A DNA stretch of 64,000 bases, from assembly GCA_937872315.1 (NCBI GenBank), contig CALMST010000252.1, positions 71,781-135,780 of the forward strand, in the 5' to 3' direction. The notes beneath the pieces are model-generated. The model saw only the letters and a list, made by a program, of their open reading frames with translations. It made no database searches and was not told the origin of the DNA. The DNA comes from an uncultured Ignavibacteria bacterium (lineage in GTDB: Bacteria > Bacteroidota > Ignavibacteria > Tepidaquicellales > Tepidaquicellaceae). The position numbers and the translations under genes were made by a program. Shown piece by piece: positions 19,601 to 26,127 of this stretch; the stretch's first letter is position 1; every line of letters starts with the position of its first letter.

Positions 19601-19867
19601 TGAAAAATCAATATCAACAATACCCGTATCAGCGGATCCTTCATTCAAATAAAAATCTGTCCCTTCATTTTCCGTATCGAATCTCATATTAAAAACATCA
19701 AATACATACGGAGCCGAATTCACCGTTTGAAAAAATTTTTCTTTATTCAGTGAACCCTTTAATTTAATATATCCGCCAAGATTATAATGAGGACTGTCTT
19801 TATTTATCAACTGATCCACATATATGTCCCTTTGTGCCGGATGCATTGGAAAAGTTGCTTTTTGCAT
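13643..19867 (-). CDS. Non-ribosomal peptide synthetase, 2074 aa: starter-type C - A - T - C - FkbH-like (HAD phosphatase + Cys acyltransferase) domain
   Basis: ORF-track translation shows HHLITDGFG (19436-19456), AAYVIYTSGSTGKPKG (~17979-18025), NGKIDRKAFP, FFELGGHSLNAVRL (Ser 16835-16837), HHIISDGWS (~16248-16275), ALDCDNTLW (14630-14656) and FLLSCRVLGR (13841-13870, Cys 13856-13858). Confidence 0.93.
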   Translation of the reverse strand: MQKATFPMHPAQRDIYVDQLINKDSPHYNLGGYIKLKGSLNKEKFFQTVNSAPYVFDVFNMRFDTENEGTDFYLNEGSADTGIVDIDFSGKKDSEQDAIRWMQNRFNTPFILKKENPLYEHSLLKISDKEHWFFGRYHHLITDGFGFIVFIQYVAQKYKSLTEGGEDEFNYPSYLEEISKSGEYLNSGTYSNDEKYWKEKISHRSEPLLQRKYIRKDKSVIDIGKYVLNIREEEKAELSEIEKTTDSGIQQLILAALLIYFGKTSKVKEPVIGVPVHKRGSKVLRNTVGMFSGVLPFRGVYEGDQTVKDILHFIKQAQRSDYRHQNYPLSEIKRNLKDKSSGDIQKENLFEVSLNYEPLNFSPDFGSEIKSEVIRLESDYDTGPLQLYWRDYGKENPVQFIVKYSREYFNETEAELFVKRILFVIKQLKENFSSELKRVRIIPPEEENLLEGFNGTVLLGKTEFNSVLLTDLIPDQVKNSPDNPALIFHDEELSYQELNTRSNRLANYLLLKGVKNEKLVPIIIERSLDMIIGIIGILKAGGVYVPIDPEYPADRISYMLQDTDASIILSSSKSSLKLHDNGNIENIILDDPETILKLKNQSSDNPKTDLKSENAAYVIYTSGSTGKPKGVIIENKTVVNLVRAQSEYFNITSADRILQFSNYSFDASVEQIFLALTNGATLVLFREGLQLDQEKFNEYLIEKKITHLHATPAFLENIVPDSSNFPDLKRVIAGGDVCKHELSDNWKDKVNFYNEYGPTETTVTAIEYQVRNDRKTFSNLTLPIGKPLSDIRVYIADNYNEICPVGVSGEICISGNCLARGYLNLPEITEEKFVNNPFIKSGKELMYRTGDLGRWMTDGNIEFLGRIDDQVKIRGYRIELGEIEAVILDSGLVKNSVVLSGTDSSGNNRLVAYVIPEHGYESDRIRNFLAKKLPEYMIPAVWVEMGSFPVTSNGKIDRKAFPDPQISETVNAEYQEAETEIEVKLSELWKEILKIEKVGINDNFFELGGHSLNAVRLSSRINKVLNVRTDIGTIFSNPTIYRLSKALEIEKSTQFPDIKKQPEKDLYELSHAQKRFWILSKFKDGSEAYNVSNLFEIKGKLNPDAFRSAFEEVVKKHEILRTVFIENRGEPYQKILSYESTGFEIFEKDLTGSENADAIIKEYREEDIKKAFDLKTGPLIRIYLFKISVEKHIVLFNIHHIISDGWSKEILINDFLSFYNSCCLKEENDIKPLPIQYKDYAEWHKSTFEEQGKYWKEVYKNGIPLLDFPADNERPEVLSYSGNKISGIVSEKLTSELQMMAVRNNVSLNNLMMILYGLSVAAGSGQEDVVIGTVSSGRSHPDLEDLVGVFINFLPVRISPEKHLKLSEFIGKCRNDIVGAFNNQDYPFDLMVEDIIKKRDVSRNPFFDTMMNFQIIDNLSEMKSNSETDKTHNEVIELKSYGSGNEDLFQSVLDFKLDAVPDDLRINLHLSYNTRLYSEKRMKEFLDDYIGLLENAVSKPDNYLSEYIKWSNENKKMETEININKESVQEKSTVASMPVNVCSSFVTEPVKEYMEYWSNEIGIKIKIDIAPYNQVFQQLMNPGSLLYSDKGINFLFIRTEDWLRDKKADNASEQIEFLDKTFKEFLEILKNAVEKIYIPFLVMIVPVNSITDKDFEKETVDHLDKINKELELFLNRISSVQFIDVNVIKELYDVEDVYDPKTDELGHMPFTPEFYAALGTYMTRKVSAFMNPSYKVIALDCDNTLWKGICGEVGALNVEIDENYSELQEFFIEKYNEGFLLVLSSKNNEDDVWEVFDKHPGMKLKREHIAAHRINWEPKPQNLVSIAKELNLGINSFIFVDDNEFETDQMTQNCPDVLSLTLPGEDESFSEFLNHIWAFDYFRITDEDRKRNEMYKVEKQRKSEEENFGTLDDFLKSLEIKVDMKAPGPKDLERAVQLTLRTNQFNLNGVRKTPEEVKRYTGDENSICRIVDVKDRFGEYGIVGLVMGKVNGNILEIDTFLLSCRVLGRNVEGTILSELESYCVEKGLGEIKLYFQPTQKNKPFQEFLANSEWNIDTKTNAHSKNIKLTEETAV
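13646..15260 (-). other. FkbH-like domain (HAD-IIIC phosphatase core plus C-terminal Cys-containing acyltransferase-like part)
   Basis: DxDxT motif in VIALDCDNTLWKG (14630-14656). Downstream motifs VLSSKNNEDD, FVDDNEFE and RTNQFNL. Conserved TFLLSCRVLGRNVE (Cys codon 13856-13858). This pattern is characteristic of FkbH/OzmB-type glyceryl-ACP-forming enzymes. Confidence 0.8.
15340..16700 (-). other. NRPS domain: condensation domain immediately upstream of the FkbH-like domain
   Basis: LYELSHAQKRFWIL (~16631-16680) and HHIISDGWS (~16248-16275). Confidence 0.85.
16790..16960 (-). other. NRPS domain: peptidyl carrier (T) domain
   Basis: FFELGGHSLNAVRL, with the phosphopantetheine Ser codon at 16835-16837. 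Confidence 0.85.
16990..18450 (-). other. NRPS domain: adenylation domain (hand-derived specificity code DAEHIGEVTK)
   Basis: Motifs TSGSTGKPKG, FDASVEQIF, ITHLHATPAF, RVIAGGDV, NEYGPTETTVTAIEY, YRTGDLGRW, GRIDDQVKIRGYRIELGEIE and NGKIDRK are present. The code was obtained by manual alignment to GrsA-PheA positions 235-517. Confidence 0.85.
18580..19867 (-). other. NRPS domain: N-terminal starter-type condensation domain (Cs)
   Basis: The protein begins directly with a C domain (MQKATFPMHPAQRDIYVDQL...HWFFGRYHHLITDGFG). No A-T loading module lies upstream. From memory, the layout resembles lipoinitiation C domains such as the N-terminus of SrfA-A. Confidence 0.65.
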
Positions 19868-19962
19868 TTTTAAAATGTTTCTGATTTGATTAACCTGTTA
19901 ATTTAATTTCTGAGATTTCCAATATTAATTCATGTGTTCTATACCGGTCACATTAATTAATT

Positions 19963-20763
19963 TTAATATTTCTTTGTCAGCCTTTTTGTGTGTGTGGAAA
20001 CTGCGGCTTTTGTATAATACTTGTAATACCTGAGATTTTTTCTGTTCCACCAGTAGTTGATGTTTATGGAAAAATCCATAGACCTGACATGATGCCACCA
20101 GTGCAAAGGAATGTACAATATATCTCCGGGATAAATTGTAGCTTTATAAGCCTGGGATTTTTCATACAGAGGAAATTTTTTGTGATCTACATTGTCAAGG
20201 TCTATCAAACTGATCTGCCTTAAAGTCTTTGGACCATGTACATTCGGATAAAGATATTTATCATCATCAGGATGAAAAAGTATGATTTCTTTTTTCCCTT
20301 TGATCTGAATAAGAAAATTATCCGATCCGTCAAAATGCAGCGGGGATACACAACCTGCACCGCCTATCCATAAATTTCTTACTTTGTTTTTGTCAGTTTC
20401 TTTCATCCACTTTGGTTCATCAAGATCTCCGAGAAGTTCAGGAAAATTATCCGGAATGGAAGACTGCTGAAGATAATATGCCTTATTTGTTTTAATATAA
20501 TCCACCGCCTCATCAAAAGGCAGAAATACCCTGGAAACACTTCCTTTATGATAATCATAAACTCCGCTCTGACTTGTCCTTACATCTACTTTCTTCTTTC
20601 CAAATAAAGAATTGAAATATTCCGCTGACCATTTTTTAAAAGCTTTGTAATCGTTTGCTCCGCCTTTTATTATTACCGGGATGCTTGGCTTATAATAGTT
20701 ATTGTCGAATTCATCTGTTGATAATTCTGAAACGGTTGAAATATCTTTATATTTTGTATCCAT
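19963..20763 (-). CDS. JmjC / Cupin_8-type Fe(II)/2-oxoglutarate-dependent oxygenase (putative tailoring hydroxylase)
   Basis: NLWIGGAGCVSPLHFDGSDNFLIQIKGKKEIILFHP (HxD metal ligands) and YIPLHWWHHVRS (distal His). It sits between the thioesterase and the first NRPS gene on the same strand. Confidence 0.7.
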   Translation of the reverse strand: MDTKYKDISTVSELSTDEFDNNYYKPSIPVIIKGGANDYKAFKKWSAEYFNSLFGKKKVDVRTSQSGVYDYHKGSVSRVFLPFDEAVDYIKTNKAYYLQQSSIPDNFPELLGDLDEPKWMKETDKNKVRNLWIGGAGCVSPLHFDGSDNFLIQIKGKKEIILFHPDDDKYLYPNVHGPKTLRQISLIDLDNVDHKKFPLYEKSQAYKATIYPGDILYIPLHWWHHVRSMDFSININYWWNRKNLRYYKYYTKAAVSTHTKRLTKKY

Positions 20764-20864
20764 TTTGTTTGGTTTTATTATTCTTTAATGATTCTTTTAA
20801 TTTTGAGATATGTTTTTTTACAGACTGAATTATCTTATCTTTATTTTTAATATATAAATTTCTT

Positions 20865-21596
20865 TTAATTAAATGCTTTTCTATGATTTGAGTTTACTGA
20901 TAAAGTTTTCTCAATTATTTCCATTACTTCTTTCTTCTTTTTGAAAATAAAAAAATGCTTTCCCTCTATTCTGTTGAAATCAATTTCCAAGTTTGTTTCT
21001 TTCTGCCAGAGAAGAATATCGTCAACTTCCATGTCTTCTTCGGTGCCTGTTATAACAGTTATCGGAATGTTTAAAGGCTCTGAATATTTATGAACATAAT
21101 TTTCACATACTTTAAAATCTGATCTCAGTATCGGTTCAAAAAATGCCATAAGTTCTTCAGTATCAAGTATCTCTTCAGGTATTCCGTCAAGATCCTTCAT
21201 TTCCTGAATGAACTCCTTCTGAGGCATTAAATGTCTCTTTCTTTCCCGCTTTTCAAATACTGAAGGACCTGAAGTTCCTGTGATTATTAAATGCATTGGT
21301 GTCTTGTAATTTTTTTCTTCTAATTTTCTCGTAAGCAGATACGCGAGAAGTCCTCCCATGCTGTGACCGTACAATACATAATCTTCATCGCTTATTTTGG
21401 TTTTTATCTGATTAAACAGATCTTCTACAAGCTCGCCTGCATCTGATATAAGAGGTTCTTTTATTCTGGGAACCCGCCCCGGATAATCAAGAGTATGGAA
21501 AATATAATGCGAAGGAGCTGCATCCTCAAACTCTCGGTATGAATATTTATTGCCGCCTGCATACGGAAGACAAAATATTTTCAAAGGTCTGATCAT
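20865..21596 (-). CDS. Type II (editing) thioesterase, alpha/beta hydrolase
   Basis: FCLPYAGGN near the N-terminus, nucleophile elbow GHSMGG, ~240 aa, NRPS context. Confidence 0.85.
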   Translation of the reverse strand: MIRPLKIFCLPYAGGNKYSYREFEDAAPSHYIFHTLDYPGRVPRIKEPLISDAGELVEDLFNQIKTKISDEDYVLYGHSMGGLLAYLLTRKLEEKNYKTPMHLIITGTSGPSVFEKRERKRHLMPQKEFIQEMKDLDGIPEEILDTEELMAFFEPILRSDFKVCENYVHKYSEPLNIPITVITGTEEDMEVDDILLWQKETNLEIDFNRIEGKHFFIFKKKKEVMEIIEKTLSVNSNHRKAFN

Positions 21597-21964
21597 GCTA
21601 ATTTTTTATTATAATTTTCTTCTTTCCGGTATCTGAGAAAGCTTCCTGATAATGAGGCAAAACCTGCAACCATTCCGGCTATAATTCCGGTCAGTATGAT
21701 CAGTAAAACCGGACTGTTCATGAATATCATAAGTTGAGATATCTTCTGTGCCAAAATATTCCCGTTATTACTGCTTATAAAAAAACCCAGGCCTCCCCAT
21801 AATAAAAACAATGATAAGAAACCGCAGCTAAAAGCTTTTACTGGTTTCATTGGAATTATTAACGAAACCAAAAATGCAACTACAGCAATGCTCCACCATG
21901 GTAAGAAAATACCTGCAGGATAACTAAGTACAGCAGTTAAAATTAATGATCCAATAAATTTCAA
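21593..21964 (-). CDS. Small integral membrane protein (about 4 TM helices), unknown function
   Basis: Hydrophobic segments span the whole 123-aa ORF. Its stop overlaps the thioesterase start by 4 nt (21593-21596), which suggests translational coupling. Confidence 0.55.
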   Translation of the reverse strand: MKFIGSLILTAVLSYPAGIFLPWWSIAVVAFLVSLIIPMKPVKAFSCGFLSLFLLWGGLGFFISSNNGNILAQKISQLMIFMNSPVLLIILTGIIAGMVAGFASLSGSFLRYRKEENYNKKLA

Positions 21965-22000
21965 AATTTTTCTGTTATTTATATAAACTGTTTGTCTGTT

Positions 22001-24466
22001 CTAATTTGTAAAATTAATTTTCCATTTTACCCTGCCGTTATTTTGTTCATCAGTTGTCATAAGCCAAAGAGGATAATATTTTCCTTCTGCCCAGTAATCA
22101 ATAAAATCATCATAAAATCTGCTTCCCGGATTTCCGCTTTGTCCGCCGGGATAAATTCCGTAAGCTTCCGTTTCCTGAGTCATATTCACAACCATTCTCC
22201 AGCTCGGTCCGTGAATGGTTTCCGTTGCATTTATGTTATGTTTGCTACCGCCAATTGGAATGTTATACCTCCCAAACGGAACCAGTCTGGATAAATGATT
22301 TATCTGTGTTCCCTTGAATTTATCCCAGTCAAGTCTTCCCTTACTTTCATGTTTTATTAACTGCTCCGATGTAGTTTTAAACGCAGCTGTTACTATATCG
22401 GTCAGAGTTTCTTTTTTATCGGTAGTAATATCATCAACAAATATAAATCCCGGATCTCTTAACAAACCATCGATCAGTGAAGTCTCATCAGGACGCTTTA
22501 TTATTTCAGGAGCATCTTTGTAATCATCATCATAAATGGACTTGTAAAAATTCATCCAGAAAAGCTCAAAGACCGTTGCTCCCTGTGAACCGGCATCATT
22601 CCGCAGATCCCAGTTTTTTAAAAGATCATAATATTTTTTTTCATCCGGACTGAGATCACTTACAGTTATATTTGCTAAAATTAATGGTCTTATCACTTCC
22701 GCTACAAGATTGTAATTATCAGTCTGAAGTTTTAACATATCCTCAGTTGTAATATTTTCCATAACTTCTAATCTTCTGTTGATCTCCTTTCCTCTCCAGA
22801 CAGGATAATTTCTTCCAAGATAATACGGATAGGTTTTATCATCTTCAGGCTTCTGATTAGCGCTGCTTACAAATCCTCTTTCGGGATTATACTGGAAAGG
22901 TACTTCATCCTGAGGTATCATTGCCTGCCATAAATAACTGCTGTCAAAACCGGGCATGACAAAATCACCCTGCTCTTTCCATTTTGCCGGCCACTCTCCC
23001 TGGGTTTTGATTGCAATGTCTCCGCTTTTAGTTGCAAATATTACATTCTGACCCGGAGTCTTAAGTTCAAGTATGGCTTCATTGAAATCATCATAATTCT
23101 TCGAATGATTCAGCAGATAAAATGCTTTAAGATCGTTACTCGGATCATTACCCTTCCATCTTACAGCATAATATTTGTTGTTTGAAATTTTTGAACCGCT
23201 GAATTTATTATCATACATTACAGGACAAAGATCGTCTCCCAGTTTAACATACGAAACGGAATCCGTGAATTCAGCTGAACCATTTATCTTTATAATTTCC
23301 GGTCTCCAAATTGTCCGGTGCCATTCCCCGTTATACCAGTATTCATTCCTGCTTTCATCTTTGAATCTTATCTCAAAATAATCCCTGACATCCCTTCCTC
23401 CGTTTGTAAATCCGAATGAACAACTGTCGTTAAATCCGACGATTACTCCCGGAACTCCCGGAAAGCTTACTCCATATACATTTACAGAAGGAGCAGTGAT
23501 CTGAACCTCATACCAGATTGACGGCAGATTCATAGTCAAATGAAGATCATTACTCAATATAGGTGCTCCGGATCTGGTTTTCTTTCCGCTTACAGCCCAG
23601 TTATTACTTCCGTTTTCCCTGTTAGGCTTCTCCTGTTCCGATACTTCAATATCTTCTCTCTTAAGATATACGGAATCAACATCCTCCGGGATCACTGGAA
23701 ACACTCCTTGTTTTTTTATCTGTGCTCCGTCTGGTATTACCGGATCAAGCGAATCCTGAATTATCGGAAACAGCAGATCAAATCTTTCCTTATCAAAATA
23801 ATTCTTTGCATTTGTCATCTCAAAATCTTCGTCAAATCCAGCAAGATCATAACTCATATATTTCATAAATAAAACTGTCTTTAGATTGCTCCATTTTTCA
23901 GGTTTATATCCCAGCAACTTATATTCAACCGGATACTTGTTCTCCGGAAGATTTTCAATATAAGAATTTACACCTGCAGTATATGCATCATATACAGCTT
24001 TCATCACAGGATCATTTTCAATTATTTTCAAAGTATTTTCAGCCGAATATACCATTCCCAATCTTCTCATTTGTCTGTCCCTTTCAAGCATCCCTGCACC
24101 CATTATCTCACTTAATCTGCCGCCAGCTGAAAAAGTCTGTAATTCCATTTGCCATAATCTGAACTTTGCATGTAAATAACCCTGCGCAAAATATGCATCA
24201 TTCTCCTGTTCAGCAAATATATGAGGAACAAGTCTGTCATCTATATATACATTAACCTTTCCCTTTAAAGATGAAAAATTCAGATCCTGATCAAAATTTT
24301 CATTTAACGGCTCAGCGTTCTGCCAGAAACCCTGCTGAGGACTTAAAAACTTACCTATTGCCGGAATTTGAAGACTTCCGACTTTCCAGCTTTTATTTAA
24401 TGTAAATATTAATATTACCGTAACAAAACCTGTAAGTATAAAAGACTTTAACTTTATTGATTGCAT
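22001..24466 (-). CDS. Penicillin acylase family Ntn-hydrolase (PvdQ / acyl-homoserine-lactone acylase-like), N-terminally membrane-anchored or secreted
   Basis: 821 aa with an N-terminal hydrophobic helix (SFILTGFVTVILIFTL). Candidate beta-subunit nucleophile in NRENG-SNNWAVSGKKTRSGAPILSNDLHL (Ser287 codon 23606-23608). Same strand as the downstream cluster genes, 36 nt upstream of the next gene. Confidence 0.85.
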   Translation of the reverse strand: MQSIKLKSFILTGFVTVILIFTLNKSWKVGSLQIPAIGKFLSPQQGFWQNAEPLNENFDQDLNFSSLKGKVNVYIDDRLVPHIFAEQENDAYFAQGYLHAKFRLWQMELQTFSAGGRLSEIMGAGMLERDRQMRRLGMVYSAENTLKIIENDPVMKAVYDAYTAGVNSYIENLPENKYPVEYKLLGYKPEKWSNLKTVLFMKYMSYDLAGFDEDFEMTNAKNYFDKERFDLLFPIIQDSLDPVIPDGAQIKKQGVFPVIPEDVDSVYLKREDIEVSEQEKPNRENGSNNWAVSGKKTRSGAPILSNDLHLTMNLPSIWYEVQITAPSVNVYGVSFPGVPGVIVGFNDSCSFGFTNGGRDVRDYFEIRFKDESRNEYWYNGEWHRTIWRPEIIKINGSAEFTDSVSYVKLGDDLCPVMYDNKFSGSKISNNKYYAVRWKGNDPSNDLKAFYLLNHSKNYDDFNEAILELKTPGQNVIFATKSGDIAIKTQGEWPAKWKEQGDFVMPGFDSSYLWQAMIPQDEVPFQYNPERGFVSSANQKPEDDKTYPYYLGRNYPVWRGKEINRRLEVMENITTEDMLKLQTDNYNLVAEVIRPLILANITVSDLSPDEKKYYDLLKNWDLRNDAGSQGATVFELFWMNFYKSIYDDDYKDAPEIIKRPDETSLIDGLLRDPGFIFVDDITTDKKETLTDIVTAAFKTTSEQLIKHESKGRLDWDKFKGTQINHLSRLVPFGRYNIPIGGSKHNINATETIHGPSWRMVVNMTQETEAYGIYPGGQSGNPGSRFYDDFIDYWAEGKYYPLWLMTTDEQNNGRVKWKINFTN

Positions 24467-25137
24467 TAAATTGAAAAATAAAAAGTATCAAAAATCAACG
24501 AGAATAAAAACTATGACAACATTTTCATATTGCTTAATTTTTATAGATCAAAGATTAGATTAACTTAAAAAATTATTATTTTTAAATGAATTTTTAATGA
24601 TTTCTAAATTGGGGACAAATATTTTTTAGAAAATAATTTGTTCGCTGTGACAGTATATATGCAAACTGAATTCAGAATTTCTTAATTTCTGAATAATTGT
24701 ACTTTTCAGATCAAATATTTTATTGTTTTCTCTGAAAAATGCTTAATACAGTTTATTTTTGAAAGAATATCCTGTTTTTTTGTTCAAATAAATACAATAA
24801 TAGATAGAATATTTTTAAAAATAAAGAATATAATGAGGATTGAAAATTTCATTTAAATACCATGGCTAAATTATATATATATTTATAAGTAAAGTATTTT
24901 TTCTGCACTGACTTGTTTAAAATTTACCCTCATTATTGATTCCCGAAGTTCATTCTCTCAAACTTTTGAAAAATTTATAGATTTTTTAATTTCCTTAAAA
25001 TTATCATAAGTTTATACAATTTACCGTTCAGGCATTATAATTATGATTTATAAATTTATTTACCGCCATTCCTATAAAAATAACCATTGTTAAATTTTAA
25101 TTTTATTTCTATTTTGCAAATGATTCGTAAATAGAAT

Positions 25138-25629
25138 ATGATTAAAACCATAAAACATAATCTGTCTTTAAAACTTGACCTTCTCGGTTTTTCAGCTTCA
25201 ACTATTTGCGCAATTCATTGCGCTCTTATGCCATTCATAATTGTTTTTCTGCCGATGTTTGGATTACAGTTTATAGCTGACCCTTTGGTTGAATACATTT
25301 TTATAGCTGTAAGTCTGATAATAGGCGCTTTTACTTTCAGGCACGGATATTTTAACCACCATAAAAAACTCTACCCATTTCTCTTATTCCTTACAGGCTT
25401 TTTTATCATAGTTGCGGGACATACTCTTTTTCACAATCATTCGCATGAAATCAATTCTAATCATGAATTTTCCGATACGGATAATATATTATTTCTTCTG
25501 ATAGCCCCGATAGGCGCTTTCATTATTGCTGCTTCACATTTGATAAACAGAAGATTGTCAAAAAATACTAAAATTTGTTGTACCATGGAAGCCGTTGTCA
25601 AAAATGATTCAGGAATCGAAATAAATTAA
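25138..25629 (+). CDS. MerC-like membrane protein with His-rich loop
   Basis: Four hydrophobic helices, ICAIHCALMP motif, HNHSHEINSNHE loop and a C-terminal CC pair. First gene of the plus-strand unit that precedes the TonB-dependent receptor. Confidence 0.55.
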   Translation: MIKTIKHNLSLKLDLLGFSASTICAIHCALMPFIIVFLPMFGLQFIADPLVEYIFIAVSLIIGAFTFRHGYFNHHKKLYPFLLFLTGFFIIVAGHTLFHNHSHEINSNHEFSDTDNILFLLIAPIGAFIIAASHLINRRLSKNTKICCTMEAVVKNDSGIEIN

Positions 25630-25636
25630 CCATTAA

Positions 25637-25948
25637 ATGAAAAAATTAAACACATTTAAAAAGATTCAGAAGTTTACATCTCTTTTATTTGTTATATTTT
25701 TTCTATTGCTGAATAGCGGGACTGAAATACTTCACCATCATTCAGAATCCCGTGACCATAATCATAATAAGGATAACTGCAGGATATGTCTGAATCTCGA
25801 AAAACTTACATGTCCTTTTCTTTTATCCGGCAGTTATGATCTGGATCCTTATACAAACATCACTTTTCATATATCTTCATTAGCATTACCGGCTTCACTT
25901 AATTTTAGTAATTTTCACTCAGGAAGATCCCCCCCTTCTGAAGTATAA
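25637..25948 (+). CDS. Small membrane-anchored His/Cys-rich protein (putative metal-binding)
   Basis: N-terminal hydrophobic helix followed by EILHHHSESRDHNHNKDNCRIC. Lies 8 nt after the MerC-like gene. Confidence 0.45.
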   Translation: MKKLNTFKKIQKFTSLLFVIFFLLLNSGTEILHHHSESRDHNHNKDNCRICLNLEKLTCPFLLSGSYDLDPYTNITFHISSLALPASLNFSNFHSGRSPPSEV

Positions 25949-26127
25949 TTTTTAACTTATATTCATTTAACTATTCATATAGACAGACCTGATTTTAAAT
26001 TCAATTTTACAAATTAGGTAAACAGCTTTATATGATAAGTTTCTTTGGTTGATAAATATTTTATCTGTTACTTCCGGATTGAAATATTTTGAAAGAGATC
26101 ATTATTAAATTATAAATACATCTAATT

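Noticed and set aside
21992-23872. Plus-strand ORFs antisense to the acylase gene (21992-22294, 22314-22523, 23175-23381, 23540-23872).
   Set aside because: Shadow ORFs inside a well-supported 821-aa CDS.
24670-24694. 8-bp inverted repeat (ATTCAGAA-N9-TTCTGAAT) in the NRPS/receptor spacer.
   Set aside because: It is a short AT-rich stem with no T-run and no second copy. It could be an operator, but that cannot be supported from sequence alone.
25036-25054. Fur-box-like AT-rich 19-mer (TATAATTATGATTTATAAA) ~85 nt upstream of the MerC-like gene.
   Set aside because: It gives only ~11/19 matches to the proteobacterial Fur consensus, within a spacer that is almost entirely A/T. It is indistinguishable from background without a lineage-specific matrix.
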